A DNA stretch of 64,000 nucleotides, taken from NCBI RefSeq assembly GCF_029227855.1, contig NZ_CP074358.1; one strand, written 5' to 3'. Positions within the stretch are counted from its first letter, which is position 1, and every line of letters begins with the position of its first letter. A model generated the notes under the pieces. It was not told where the DNA came from. It did no database searches and saw only the letters and a program-made list of their open reading frames with translations. Of this stretch, positions 31,224 to 40,398 are shown piece by piece. Source of the stretch: Escherichia coli. Its GTDB lineage: Bacteria > Pseudomonadota > Gammaproteobacteria > Enterobacterales > Enterobacteriaceae. The translations under genes and the position numbers were made by a program.

Positions 31224-32315
31224 TTACAGATCTCCGTACAGGCAGCGCAGCCCGGTCAGGGCCTCCGCCAGCGGGCCTTCTTGACACCGCGTGGCGAGCT
31301 CCCGGACCAGCGTCTCAAAGGCCTCCGCCGGCATAAAAATCCGCAGGCCGTCTATCCCGAAGAAGCCCTCCGGCGTGACGTTTCCGGGCGGGGAGAACAT
31401 CACTCGCTCCCCCTGGTGACCGTGCGTCAGGGCTTCCGGATGCCGGGCATACAGCGTGAACAGGCCCAGCAGTTCGGATAACGCTTCCCAGCCGTACGGC
31501 ACCACGAAGTCCTGGCCGGTGATCAGCAGGTGCAGACGGGGTGTGGTGTACCAGGCCCCCGGGCGTTCTCCGGGGTGCTGGCCGTCAACGCGGATCTCCA
31601 GGCGCAGCGTGCCGGCCTCAATGGTTTCCGTGACGGCAGAAATAACCGGGCGCAGCTCCTGTGCCAGCGTTCTTGCCTGTTCTGTGTTCCAGTCCAGGCC
31701 GCGCAGCATCAACGGGAAAACAGCTTTCAGCCGCGGCAGGGTGAAGATTTCTGCCAGCACCGCGTCCGGCACCTCCGCCAGGCCAAAACAGTCGCTCTCG
31801 AGCGGACGCAGGAGGTGTTCGGCATACATCTGATCCACCACGGGGCGCAGCGCTGCCCGGAAGGCTTCAAACTCTTCCGTCCAGTTTTTCCCGGCCAGGC
31901 GGAAAATCCCCTTCAGGTAGTGACCGTCCACAGGGCGATCGTGCTCCACCTGCCAGGCCAGCAGGTTGCCAGTGATGTCCAGCAGCGTGTCCAGGGCCGG
32001 GAGTGTGGCCAGCCTATTATGCCCGCGCAGGAAGGCCTCCCTGACGTGAACCAGGACAAAGCGCAGTTCGTCGCGGGAGAGCGCTGACGTGCCGAAGGTC
32101 TGGCCCAGAATGATATGCCGGTACAGCTGCCGGACCGTGGCCTCCGGATCGGCAATGAGCTGAAAATACCCGTCACCGGGCGCGACCGTTTTCAGGCCGT
32201 CATCGAGGAAGCGTTCGGCTAGGGCGTTGACCGAAGTATTTTCCCGACCGGCACGCGTTTTCAGCGCCTCGATAAGTTTTTTGTGAAAACGCAGGTTAAG
32301 CTGGCTTAGCATCAT
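31224..32315 (-). CDS. Protein with N-terminal ribbon-helix-helix domain and uncharacterised C-terminal domain
   Basis: N-terminus LSQLNLRFHKKLIEALKTRAGRENTSVNALAERFL fits the RHH pattern; stop is 1 nt from the KAP NTPase start; visibly GC-richer than neighbours. Confidence 0.6.
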   Translation of the reverse strand: MMLSQLNLRFHKKLIEALKTRAGRENTSVNALAERFLDDGLKTVAPGDGYFQLIADPEATVRQLYRHIILGQTFGTSALSRDELRFVLVHVREAFLRGHNRLATLPALDTLLDITGNLLAWQVEHDRPVDGHYLKGIFRLAGKNWTEEFEAFRAALRPVVDQMYAEHLLRPLESDCFGLAEVPDAVLAEIFTLPRLKAVFPLMLRGLDWNTEQARTLAQELRPVISAVTETIEAGTLRLEIRVDGQHPGERPGAWYTTPRLHLLITGQDFVVPYGWEALSELLGLFTLYARHPEALTHGHQGERVMFSPPGNVTPEGFFGIDGLRIFMPAEAFETLVRELATRCQEGPLAEALTGLRCLYGDL

Positions 32316-32342
32316 CGATCCTTTAATGTTTGTTTTGTTCTT

Positions 32343-32359
32343 AATGCTAACCTAGCATT
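32343..32359. promoter_or_regulatory. Candidate operator: perfect inverted repeat AATGCTA-ACC-TAGCATT upstream of the RHH gene
   Basis: 7-bp arms with 3-bp spacer, about 30 nt upstream of the start at 32315. Confidence 0.45.
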
Positions 32360-32997
32360 TTATTATTAGCTATTAATCAGTTTTTTAGTTTTTGAAAATT
32401 GTGATGCTTCTAAAATTACTAAAATTGAGGATTTTAATGCTACAACAATGCCTGCCTCTTCTTATTTCTCCGGAGATCCGAAAACCCCAAGTTCAGGATC
32501 TTCCTCTCCCCCCACACAACGCCACCTCCTGTAAGCACAATATGTGGTGCCGGATTCAGCTACTGATGACACTATATGTTGTGTCATCTCCCTGACCTGT
32601 GATGCGTCGCGCAGGGGCGGAAAACAGCGATATGATGATTTCCTCAGCGTGGTACACTTCCGGAAACCCGTCAATAACAGAAAAATCGGATCTGCCTGAA
32701 ATGGGCATCCGGTAATTTAATGGCGTGGTTATATGCCTGCTTATTATCTGACAGGTGATGATTTATTTAGGGGAAAATAATTCATGCTGACAGAGTGTTG
32801 TGCTGCCATGCGTAATAACTCTGAGCGACTGTTGCTTCCGGTATCAGTTGAGTGAGGATTTTCAGACCACCACGTTTTACTGACCAGTAAAAATTTTTTT
32901 TGCCCGCAAGGCTGACAAGTGACTTCTTTTAGAATTTCGGCATCCACAACCAATGGCAGGAAGCCCGATGCAAAAATTTTTAAGGAGAGCTCTTTTA

Positions 32998-33237
32998 ATG
33001 AAAATTGCTCAGCAATTACTGGAAGCCGTTCTGCAATTTATGAATGCATCTGCAATGACTCAGGTGCTGACGTTGCTATTCCTGGCTCTGATAATACAGG
33101 TACTGAAAACATTAATTACGGCGTGGATAGTAAGAAAACCATCTTCAGGAGAGATGGTTTTAGACCGGAAACCTGACTCTGCCGGGCGTAAGGATCACTG
33201 CAGGCAGCTGTCTCAACAAAGGAAAAAACATGGCTGA
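32998..33237 (+). CDS. Small hydrophobic protein (about 79 aa)
   Basis: RBS AAGGAGAG then ATG 32998; hydrophobic stretch MTQVLTLLFLALIIQVL; stop overlaps the start of the next ORF (ATGGCTGA). Confidence 0.4.
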   Translation: MKIAQQLLEAVLQFMNASAMTQVLTLLFLALIIQVLKTLITAWIVRKPSSGEMVLDRKPDSAGRKDHCRQLSQQRKKHG

Positions 33238-33519
33238 CTGGTTTATTGCAACTGAAGGTGTGAAGGTGGTGAAAGATAGTGCCAGCCTGTGGCCGCAGAT
33301 CATCACGGCGGTTTTGTCTGCCGGTACTGCATTTGGTGGTGTGTGGTACGGGCAGTGGCGGATAACACAGCGAGAGGAGGAAGCTGCAACAGCGAAGCTG
33401 GTCAGCGAACGTCTCTTTATTGCCACGGAGCTGGTTTTTCTGCTGGAGAGGTTTGCGCAGCGTTGTGCTCCAGCAGCAACAGCAACTGTGGAGCACGATC
33501 AGGATGGCAGAGGAGAAGC
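33230..33519 (+). pseudogene. Hypothetical gene truncated at its 3' end by IS3 insertion
   Basis: ORF reads from 33230 straight into the IS3 terminal repeat at 33520; final residues of the track ORF are IS-encoded. Confidence 0.5.
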
Positions 33520-33584
33520 TGATCTTACCCAGCAATAGTGGACACGCGGCTAAGTGAGTAAACTCTCAGTCAGAGGTGACTCAC

Positions 33585-33884
33585 ATGACAAAAACAGTAT
33601 CAACCAGTAAAAAACCCCGTAAACAGCATTCGCCTGAATTTCGCAGTGAAGCCCTGAAGCTTGCTGAACGCATCGGTGTTACTGCCGCAGCCCGTGAACT
33701 CAGCCTGTATGAATCACAACTCTACAACTGGCGCAGTAAACAGCAAAATCAGCAGACGTCTTCTGAACGTGAACTGGAGATGTCTACCGAGATTGCACGT
33801 CTCAAACGCCAGCTGGCAGAACGGGATGAAGAGCTGGCTATCCTCCAAAAGGCCGCGACATACTTCGCGAAGCGCCTGAAATGA
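33585..33884 (+). CDS. insE: IS3 transposase OrfA (InsE)
   Basis: Same protein as copy 1. Confidence 0.9.
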
Positions 33885-34747
33885 AGTATGTCTTTATTGA
33901 AAAACATCAGGCTGAGTTCAGCATCAAAGCAATGTGCCGCGTGCTCCGGGTGGCCCGCAGCGGCTGGTATACGTGGTGTCAGCGGCGGACAAGGATAAGC
34001 ACGCGTCAGCAGTTCCGCCAACACTGCGACAGCGTTGTCCTCGCGGCTTTTACCCGGTCAAAACAGCGTTACGGTGCCCCACGCCTGACGGATGAACTGC
34101 GTGCTCAGGGTTACCCCTTTAACGTAAAAACCGTGGCGGCAAGCCTGCGCCGTCAGGGACTGAGGGCAAAGGCCTCCCGGAAGTTCAGCCCGGTCAGCTA
34201 CCGCGCACACGGCCTGCCTGTGTCAGAAAATCTGTTGGAGCAGGATTTTTACGCCAGTGGCCCGAACCAGAAGTGGGCAGGAGACATCACGTACTTACGT
34301 ACAGATGAAGGCTGGCTGTATCTGGCAGTGGTCATTGACCTGTGGTCACGTGCCGTTATTGGCTGGTCAATGTCGCCACGCATGACGGCGCAACTGGCCT
34401 GCGATGCCCTGCAGATGGCGCTGTGGCGGCGTAAGAGGCCCCGGAACGTTATCGTTCACACGGACCGTGGAGGCCAGTACTGTTCAGCAGATTATCAGGC
34501 GCAACTGAAGCGGCATAATCTGCGTGGAAGTATGAGCGCAAAAGGTTGCTGCTACGATAATGCCTGCGTGGAAAGCTTCTTTCATTCGCTGAAAGTGGAA
34601 TGTATCCATGGAGAACACTTTATCAGCCGGGAAATAATGCGGGCAACGGTGTTTAATTATATCGAATGTGATTACAATCGGTGGCGGCGGCACAGTTGGT
34701 GTGGCGGCCTCAGTCCGGAACAATTTGAAAACAAGAACCTCGCTTAG
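33881..34747 (+). CDS. insF: IS3 transposase OrfB (InsF)
   Basis: 288 aa; differs from copy 1 at two residues. Confidence 0.9.
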
Positions 34748-35000
34748 GCCTGTGTCCATATTACGTGGGTAGGATCAGTTTGCATAAAAACGCAGCTATG
34801 TTGGGAGTAAAAGCACTGCGGTTATCACGAGAACTGAGAATGTTATGTGGCCTCCCTCTGCACGGCCTTTCCGATACACTATCGCCAACGAGGTTGGTAT
34901 TGTTGAAAGCCAGAGGTAAAACACTCCAAAAGGAGTACGAAATGGTAAAGAAGTCTAAAAAGACCGAGCAAGAGATTGAGGATTTCATAAAGGGGACATC

Positions 35001-35792
35001 ATGAGTGGCCCACAATTGCTTTCCCTGCCTGGTTCTTTTTTAACGCCTCCGGCAACATTACCTGTTGCCATTGATTACCCGGCTGCGCTGGCACTACGTC
35101 AGATGGCACTTGTGCAGGGCGAATTACCAAAATATCTGTTGGCGCCGGAGATCAGCGCCCTGCTCCGCTATGTACCGGATCTGCACCGCAAAATGTTGCT
35201 GGCCACCCTGTGGAACACGGGCGCACGTATAAACGAAGCGCTGGCGCTGACGCGGGGAGATTTTTCACTGGCGCCGCCATATCCGTTCGTACAGCTGGCC
35301 ACGCTCAAACAACGGACTGAAAAAGCGACCAGAACGGCAGGCCGTGTCCCTGCTGGCAGTCAGGTGCATCGCCTGGTTCCCCTGTCCGATACACAATACG
35401 TCAGCCAACTGCAGATGATGGTGGCCACGCTGAAAATCCCACTGGAGCGCAGAAACAAACGAACCGGAAGAATGGAGAAGGCGCGCATCTGGGAAATCAC
35501 CGACCGCACAGTTCGCACCTGGCTGAATGAAGCTGTAGAGGCCGCTGCGGCCGACGGCGTGACGTTCTCTGTTCCGGTTACCCCACATACTTTCCGCCAT
35601 TCCTACGCGATGCATATGCTGTATGCTGGTATTCCGCTGAAGGTGCTGCAGAGCCTGATGGGGCACAAGTCGATTAGTTCGACAGATGTGTACACGAAGG
35701 TGTTTGCGCTGGATGTGGCTGCACGGCACCGGGTGCAGTTTTCGATGCCTGAGTCCGATGCTGTCACAATGCTGAAAAACAGACACGCATAA
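35001..35792 (+). CDS. resD: Plasmid multimer-resolution tyrosine recombinase ResD
   Basis: 263-aa ORF recognised as F-plasmid ResD-like; catalytic motifs HTFRHSYAMHML ... LMGH. Confidence 0.85.
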   Translation: MSGPQLLSLPGSFLTPPATLPVAIDYPAALALRQMALVQGELPKYLLAPEISALLRYVPDLHRKMLLATLWNTGARINEALALTRGDFSLAPPYPFVQLATLKQRTEKATRTAGRVPAGSQVHRLVPLSDTQYVSQLQMMVATLKIPLERRNKRTGRMEKARIWEITDRTVRTWLNEAVEAAAADGVTFSVPVTPHTFRHSYAMHMLYAGIPLKVLQSLMGHKSISSTDVYTKVFALDVAARHRVQFSMPESDAVTMLKNRHA

Positions 35793-35799
35793 GTCACAA

Positions 35800-35930
35800 A
35801 TCATAATTATGAATTGTGATTTATTCTATAAAAGAAGAGACCACTGCAATATGTGATCTCTTGTATGCAAGGGTGCTTAAACAGTGTGAATTCACAAGTG
35901 TGATTTCATAAGTAATAACTTCTTGATTAT
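35800..35930. repeat. Partition-site-like direct repeats (TGTGATTT motifs) downstream of the ParA-type operon
   Basis: Three TGTGATTT-containing repeats; GTGATTTCATA recurs at about 36981. Confidence 0.5.
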
Positions 35931-36205
35931 TACGTTAGTGTTTTTAAGTATTGCTCAAGGGCTACTCTGACGATGGCACTTACATTTTTTGGATCTTTAC
36001 CATTGCGTTTATTCCTCAATGCCAGATCTTCTATTGTGACAAGCATGCTTTCACCAAGAGAGATTGTCGTCCGACATTGTTTTTCTGGTTCGGGTTTTTC
36101 CGGCGCGCCGTATGGTTTATCCGCAAGGCGCTGAGCCAGAGCCTCTGCTTGTTCTACCGTAACTGCAGCTCTGTTTAATGCTTGCTGGCTGGGTTTCTTC
36201 ACCAT
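35930..36205 (-). CDS. Small centromere-binding partition protein (ParG-like)
   Basis: 91-aa ORF immediately downstream of and overlapping the ParA-type ATPase gene. Confidence 0.7.
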   Translation of the reverse strand: MVKKPSQQALNRAAVTVEQAEALAQRLADKPYGAPEKPEPEKQCRTTISLGESMLVTIEDLALRNKRNGKDPKNVSAIVRVALEQYLKTLT

Positions 36206-36843
36206 GGGCCAAATACCTCATTCATTAAATGTTCAATTTCTGCTCTGGCTGCTGTATTGTTCGTTTCTACTACACCGGTGCCGTTGCTCATGCAATCGCG
36301 ATAGACTTTTCTGAAACAAATAACTGAATCCAGGACTTGAATTGTTGGGAATTCTTCAAGATATTCAAGGAATTCTTTTCTCTCATTTCCCCTCAAAACC
36401 GGATTGGTTGTTGCCATACTTTGTAAACAATAAACCTTAAGTTCCGGGTTAAGGTTACGCATTGCGTCTATCTGTTGTTCTAGTTCTGTAAGAGTATCCA
36501 GATCTGGTTGAGAACACTGTAGTGGCGCAATTATTTGATGTGCGACAACTCCACTCGTTATGAATTCCTTTGAGTTTCTTCCTGCGACATCCACTATTAC
36601 ATCATCGAACTTTTCATTCAGAGCCTGTAGTGTTTGTGTCAGGTTATCAAATTTCTCAACAAGGGTTATTGCTGGTAACAGTCCTGCAGCTTCTCGTTCT
36701 GCATGATGTTTTGCGGCTGTTCGTTGTAGATCTCCGTTTAACAGGCAGACTTCCCTTCCTTTATTTGCGAGAGCAATAGCCAGGTTTGATGCAATGGTAG
36801 TTTTCCCTGAACCACCTTTGTTCCCACCAACTACAGTAATCAT
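36199..36843 (-). CDS. parA: Type Ib partition ATPase (small ParA/ParF-like)
   Basis: Start MITVVGGNKGGSGKTT (deviant Walker A) at 36841-36843; 214 aa. Confidence 0.85.
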   Translation of the reverse strand: MITVVGGNKGGSGKTTIASNLAIALANKGREVCLLNGDLQRTAAKHHAEREAAGLLPAITLVEKFDNLTQTLQALNEKFDDVIVDVAGRNSKEFITSGVVAHQIIAPLQCSQPDLDTLTELEQQIDAMRNLNPELKVYCLQSMATTNPVLRGNERKEFLEYLEEFPTIQVLDSVICFRKVYRDCMSNGTGVVETNNTAARAEIEHLMNEVFGPW

Positions 36844-36849
36844 TGCAAC

Positions 36850-37070
36850 CTCATAAATGTGATGTGTGAAGTATGATGATATTTTGACACGGTAACCTGA
36901 TGTGTCAATATGCATTCATATTTATGAAGTATGAAATATGAAGTGTGTCATATGATGTAATAAATATTACTTGTGTTTTGTGATTTCATAACTATGATAG
37001 TTCTCAAATTGAGTATTACCTTGCAACCAGAAACAGTTATTTACTCAGATTGAGTATTTAAGGGGCTATA
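36850..37070. repeat. Shared centromere/promoter region with iterated short repeats between divergent partition operons
   Basis: Repeated TGATGTG, ATGAAGT and ATTGAGTATT motifs between the ParA-type start and the ParM start. Confidence 0.6.
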
Positions 37071-37071
37071 G

Positions 37072-38043
37072 ATGAACGTATACTGCGATGATGGTTCAAC
37101 AACAATCAAGTTGGCATGGAATGACAATGGGAAAATCTGTAAGTCGTTGTCGCAAAACTCATTTCGTCATGGATGGAAGGTTGACGGGTTAGGGATTCGC
37201 CAGACATTTAACTATGAACTGGATGGTAAAAAATACACGTATGATGAAGTTAGCAACCAATCTATTCTTACGACTCATATTGAGTATCAATATACGGATG
37301 TTAACCTGTTAGCTGTGCATCACGCTTTACTGAATAGTGGATTAGCGCCTCAGCCTGTATCATTGACTGTGACTTTACCTATCAGTGAGTTCTACACGAA
37401 AGAGTGTCAAAAAAATGAACTCAACATTCAGCGTAAAATTGAGAATTTAATGAGGCCGATTCGTCTTAATAAAGGCGATGTTTTCACCATTGAACACGTT
37501 GATGTGATGCCTGAATCATTGCCAGCTGTGTTTTCTCGTCTGGTCATGGATAAAGTTGGTCAGTTCGAAAAATCGCTGGTAGTTGATATTGGCGGCACTA
37601 CGCTTGATGTTGGTGTTATCGTTGGTCAATTTGACTCTGTAAGTGCCATTCATGGTAATTCTGGCATTGGTGTGTCTTCAGTTACGAAAGCTGCAATGAG
37701 TGCATTGCGCATGGCATCCAGTGATACCAGTTTCCTCGTTGCAGATGAATTGATTAAACGTCGTAATGATCCGGATTTTGTTCGGCAGGTTATAAATGAC
37801 GAAACAAAAACTGATCTGGTCCTTAATACCATTGAGGGGGCTATTGCCAGTCTGGGGGAGCAAGTAGTCAATGAGCTCGGTGATTTTCATCATGTGAATC
37901 GTGTTTATGTTGTCGGTGGTGGGGCCCCGTTGATCTATGGTTCGATAAAAACGGCATGGCACCATCTTGGGCAAAAAGTAGTGATGATGGAGTCGCCACA
38001 GACAGCACTGGTTGAAGCTATCGCGGCTTTCAAAGAGGAGTAA
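37072..38043 (+). CDS. parM: Actin-like partition ATPase ParM/StbA
   Basis: 323-aa ORF similar to R100 StbA as recalled (DDGSTTIKLAW..., DIGGTTLDV, VVGGGA). Confidence 0.85.
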   Translation: MNVYCDDGSTTIKLAWNDNGKICKSLSQNSFRHGWKVDGLGIRQTFNYELDGKKYTYDEVSNQSILTTHIEYQYTDVNLLAVHHALLNSGLAPQPVSLTVTLPISEFYTKECQKNELNIQRKIENLMRPIRLNKGDVFTIEHVDVMPESLPAVFSRLVMDKVGQFEKSLVVDIGGTTLDVGVIVGQFDSVSAIHGNSGIGVSSVTKAAMSALRMASSDTSFLVADELIKRRNDPDFVRQVINDETKTDLVLNTIEGAIASLGEQVVNELGDFHHVNRVYVVGGGAPLIYGSIKTAWHHLGQKVVMMESPQTALVEAIAAFKEE

Positions 38044-38047
38044 TATT

Positions 38048-38440
38048 GTGGACGATGAACGGAAAAGGAAAAAATTCACACTTTATCTGCATCCGGAAAA
38101 AGCTGCAGACTTTCAAACTTTGGAAGCGATAGAGTCCGTTCCGCGTTCTGAGCGTGGTGAGCTGTTCCGGAATGCATTTATTTCTGGAATGGCGTTACAC
38201 CAACTTGATCCTCGCCTGCCTGTATTGCTGACTGCCATTTTGAGCGAGGAGTTTTCAGCAGATCAGGTTGTAACCTTACTCAGTCAGACGACTGGATGGA
38301 AGCCTTCTCAGGCCGATATCAGAGCTGTGTTGACTGAACTCGGTGCTTTGCAATCTGCTGAAAAAATGCCTCCTTCTGCTACTGATTCGGTGCAGGAGGC
38401 AATGAATGATGTGCGCCTTAAAATGCAAAAATTATTCTGA
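38048..38440 (+). CDS. parR: Partition adaptor ParR/StbB
   Basis: Probable GTG start at 38048; small protein immediately after parM with StbB-like N-terminus. Confidence 0.7.
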   Translation: MDDERKRKKFTLYLHPEKAADFQTLEAIESVPRSERGELFRNAFISGMALHQLDPRLPVLLTAILSEEFSADQVVTLLSQTTGWKPSQADIRAVLTELGALQSAEKMPPSATDSVQEAMNDVRLKMQKLF

Positions 38441-38444
38441 TATA

Positions 38445-39716
38445 TCAGAATGAAGCAATGGGGATCTCAGTCCATTGTGTTGTATACGAAGGCGAGAGCA
38501 TTTCCCGTTTCATTTGCCATTCAGGGGCGGTTCCTCGCCCCGCAAACCACACTTTCCCTTTTCCCGACTGGTTCAGTTCATCGAGTGTTTTCATTAACTT
38601 TTCACTGTTTTTACGGGGCTGGATTTCATCAAATAATCCCGGCTGCGCTATACCCGATGGTGTGAAATCAGCCAGCATGACTCCTGCCTTCATATAGCGG
38701 TACCCTTCACGCCAGACATGGTTTAAGGCTCTGCATGCGGCGGCAATAATGTCCCGGCTGTCCTGTGTGGGCAATGGAAGCTTTTCCACAGCGGCATTGC
38801 TGTAACAGGGTTCTTTTACTGCAAAGGGGGATGTCCGTACAAATGTCGTCACCTGCCGGCAATACTGACGCTCCCCACGTAGTTTCTCTGCGGCCCGCTC
38901 TGCATACTGAACAACAGCCTGGTGCATGGCATCTTTGTCTGTGATTCGTTCACCAAAACTGCGACTACAGACAATCTGCTGTTTTGCCGGTGGTGCTTCT
39001 TCCAGGGATATGCAGGACTCGCCGTTGAGTTCGCGTACCGTACGCTCAAGAATGACGCTGAAGTTTTTCCGGATGAATGCCGTGTTAGCCTGCGCCAGCT
39101 GCAGTGCTGTGTTAATACCCAGCGCATTCAGCTTTTCCGTCAGTCTGCGTCCTACTCCCCAGACCTCACCAACTGGCTGCAGCCCCAGTAGCTTCAAGGT
39201 CCGATTACGGTTTTCTGCCGTCAGCGCGACCACTCCGGAAAACTGTGGCCATTGCTTTGTTGCCCACTGTGCACTTTTAGCCAGCGTTTTTGTAGGCGCA
39301 ATGCCCACCCCCATGGTGAGTCCTGTCCAGCTCTTTACCTGTTCCCTGAGCTGATGACCAAAAAACTCCGGAGAGATGCAATGATTTATCCCCCGCAAAT
39401 CAATAAACATTTCATCAATTGAGTAGGGCTCAACTGCGGGAGAAAGCGACTCCAGAACAGCCATGACCCGTTGGCTCATGCTGTGGTACAGCGCATAATT
39501 GCTGGAAAATACATGTATTTTCTTCTCCAGGCGCATCTGTCTCACCTGAAACCAGGGCTGCCCCATTCTGATGCCAAGGGCTTTTGCCTCCGGGCTGCGC
39601 GCGATCACACAGCCATCGTTATTGCTGAGTACGATGACCGGTTCGTTGCGAAGGTCCGGGCGGAAAACTTTTTCACATGAGGCGTAGAAACTGTTGATAT
39701 CAGCCAGTGCAAACAT
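38445..39716 (-). CDS. impB: Error-prone translesion DNA polymerase subunit (UmuC/MucB/ImpB family)
   Basis: 423-aa ORF starting MFALADINSFYASCE, Y-family polymerase. Confidence 0.9.
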   Translation of the reverse strand: MFALADINSFYASCEKVFRPDLRNEPVIVLSNNDGCVIARSPEAKALGIRMGQPWFQVRQMRLEKKIHVFSSNYALYHSMSQRVMAVLESLSPAVEPYSIDEMFIDLRGINHCISPEFFGHQLREQVKSWTGLTMGVGIAPTKTLAKSAQWATKQWPQFSGVVALTAENRNRTLKLLGLQPVGEVWGVGRRLTEKLNALGINTALQLAQANTAFIRKNFSVILERTVRELNGESCISLEEAPPAKQQIVCSRSFGERITDKDAMHQAVVQYAERAAEKLRGERQYCRQVTTFVRTSPFAVKEPCYSNAAVEKLPLPTQDSRDIIAAACRALNHVWREGYRYMKAGVMLADFTPSGIAQPGLFDEIQPRKNSEKLMKTLDELNQSGKGKVWFAGRGTAPEWQMKREMLSPSYTTQWTEIPIASF

Positions 39717-40153
39717 CAGCGTAACTCCCGCGTCCTGTGTATCACGTGAGTGACAACACCAAAAATACAGATGTTTTCCGGATACAGTGTGCGGAATTCC
39801 GGGCTGTCTGAAACCGGCTCCAGTGCCGGGCGTGGGCGCAACAGCAGTCGTTTGACGGTGAACTCACCGTCGATCTCAGCGATAACGATGTCCCCGTGTT
39901 GTGGTTTTTCGGCCCTGTCCACTACCAGCAGATCACCATTCTGCACGCCAGCCTGGTTCATCGATTCACCGCTGGCGCGCAGAAAGAAGGTGGCTGCAGG
40001 TCTGCTGATGCAATAGCTGTTCAGATCCAGTTCCTGCTCAGCATAATCAGTGGCAGGCGAAGGAAAACCGGCCTGGCAACGATCGGCAAACAACGGTCGC
40101 ACGTAACTGTCATCGCCTGAAGGGTCAGCCGGACGGTGATAAACGGTACTCAT
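39716..40153 (-). CDS. impA: UmuD/MucA/ImpA-like self-cleaving accessory protein
   Basis: 145-aa ORF with LexA-like peptidase domain, overlapping impB start. Confidence 0.85.
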   Translation of the reverse strand: MSTVYHRPADPSGDDSYVRPLFADRCQAGFPSPATDYAEQELDLNSYCISRPAATFFLRASGESMNQAGVQNGDLLVVDRAEKPQHGDIVIAEIDGEFTVKRLLLRPRPALEPVSDSPEFRTLYPENICIFGVVTHVIHRTRELR

Positions 40154-40398
40154 GCTGCAGGCAGCCAGCTGTCGTCCTGCCAGATTTCTTCCAGCAGAGA
40201 CAGGATACGTTCTTTATCCTTGTCGTTGCGGGCTCCTGTGACAGATACAGACGGGGCGCTGCCCTGGTCAATACGCAGCCAGATTTCCGGGTAGTGTGGT
40301 TTCAGACGTTGTTCGATTTCATTCTGTAGCGCCTGAAGTGTGCCTGATTTGAGGTTTTTTGTGCTCTGGCGGTCGAAAAGAATTTCAATGCGGATCAT
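40150..40398 (-). CDS. impC: ImpC
   Basis: 82-aa product MIRIEILFDRQSTKNLKSG... from ATG at 40396-40398, first gene of the three-gene imp operon. Confidence 0.75.
   Translation of the reverse strand: MIRIEILFDRQSTKNLKSGTLQALQNEIEQRLKPHYPEIWLRIDQGSAPSVSVTGARNDKDKERILSLLEEIWQDDSWLPAA

Larger units (their letters stand above)
33520..34777 (+). mobile_element. IS3: IS3, copy 2 (complete, 1258 bp), inverted relative to copy 1
   Basis: Ends TGATCTTACCC...GGGTAGGATCA; InsE/InsF nearly identical to copy 1. Confidence 0.9.

Noticed and set aside
36850-37070. Short repeats that could superficially suggest a CRISPR array
   Set aside because: Units are under 12 bp, irregularly spaced, with no cas genes; they sit between divergent partition operons and are better explained as centromere/operator iterons.
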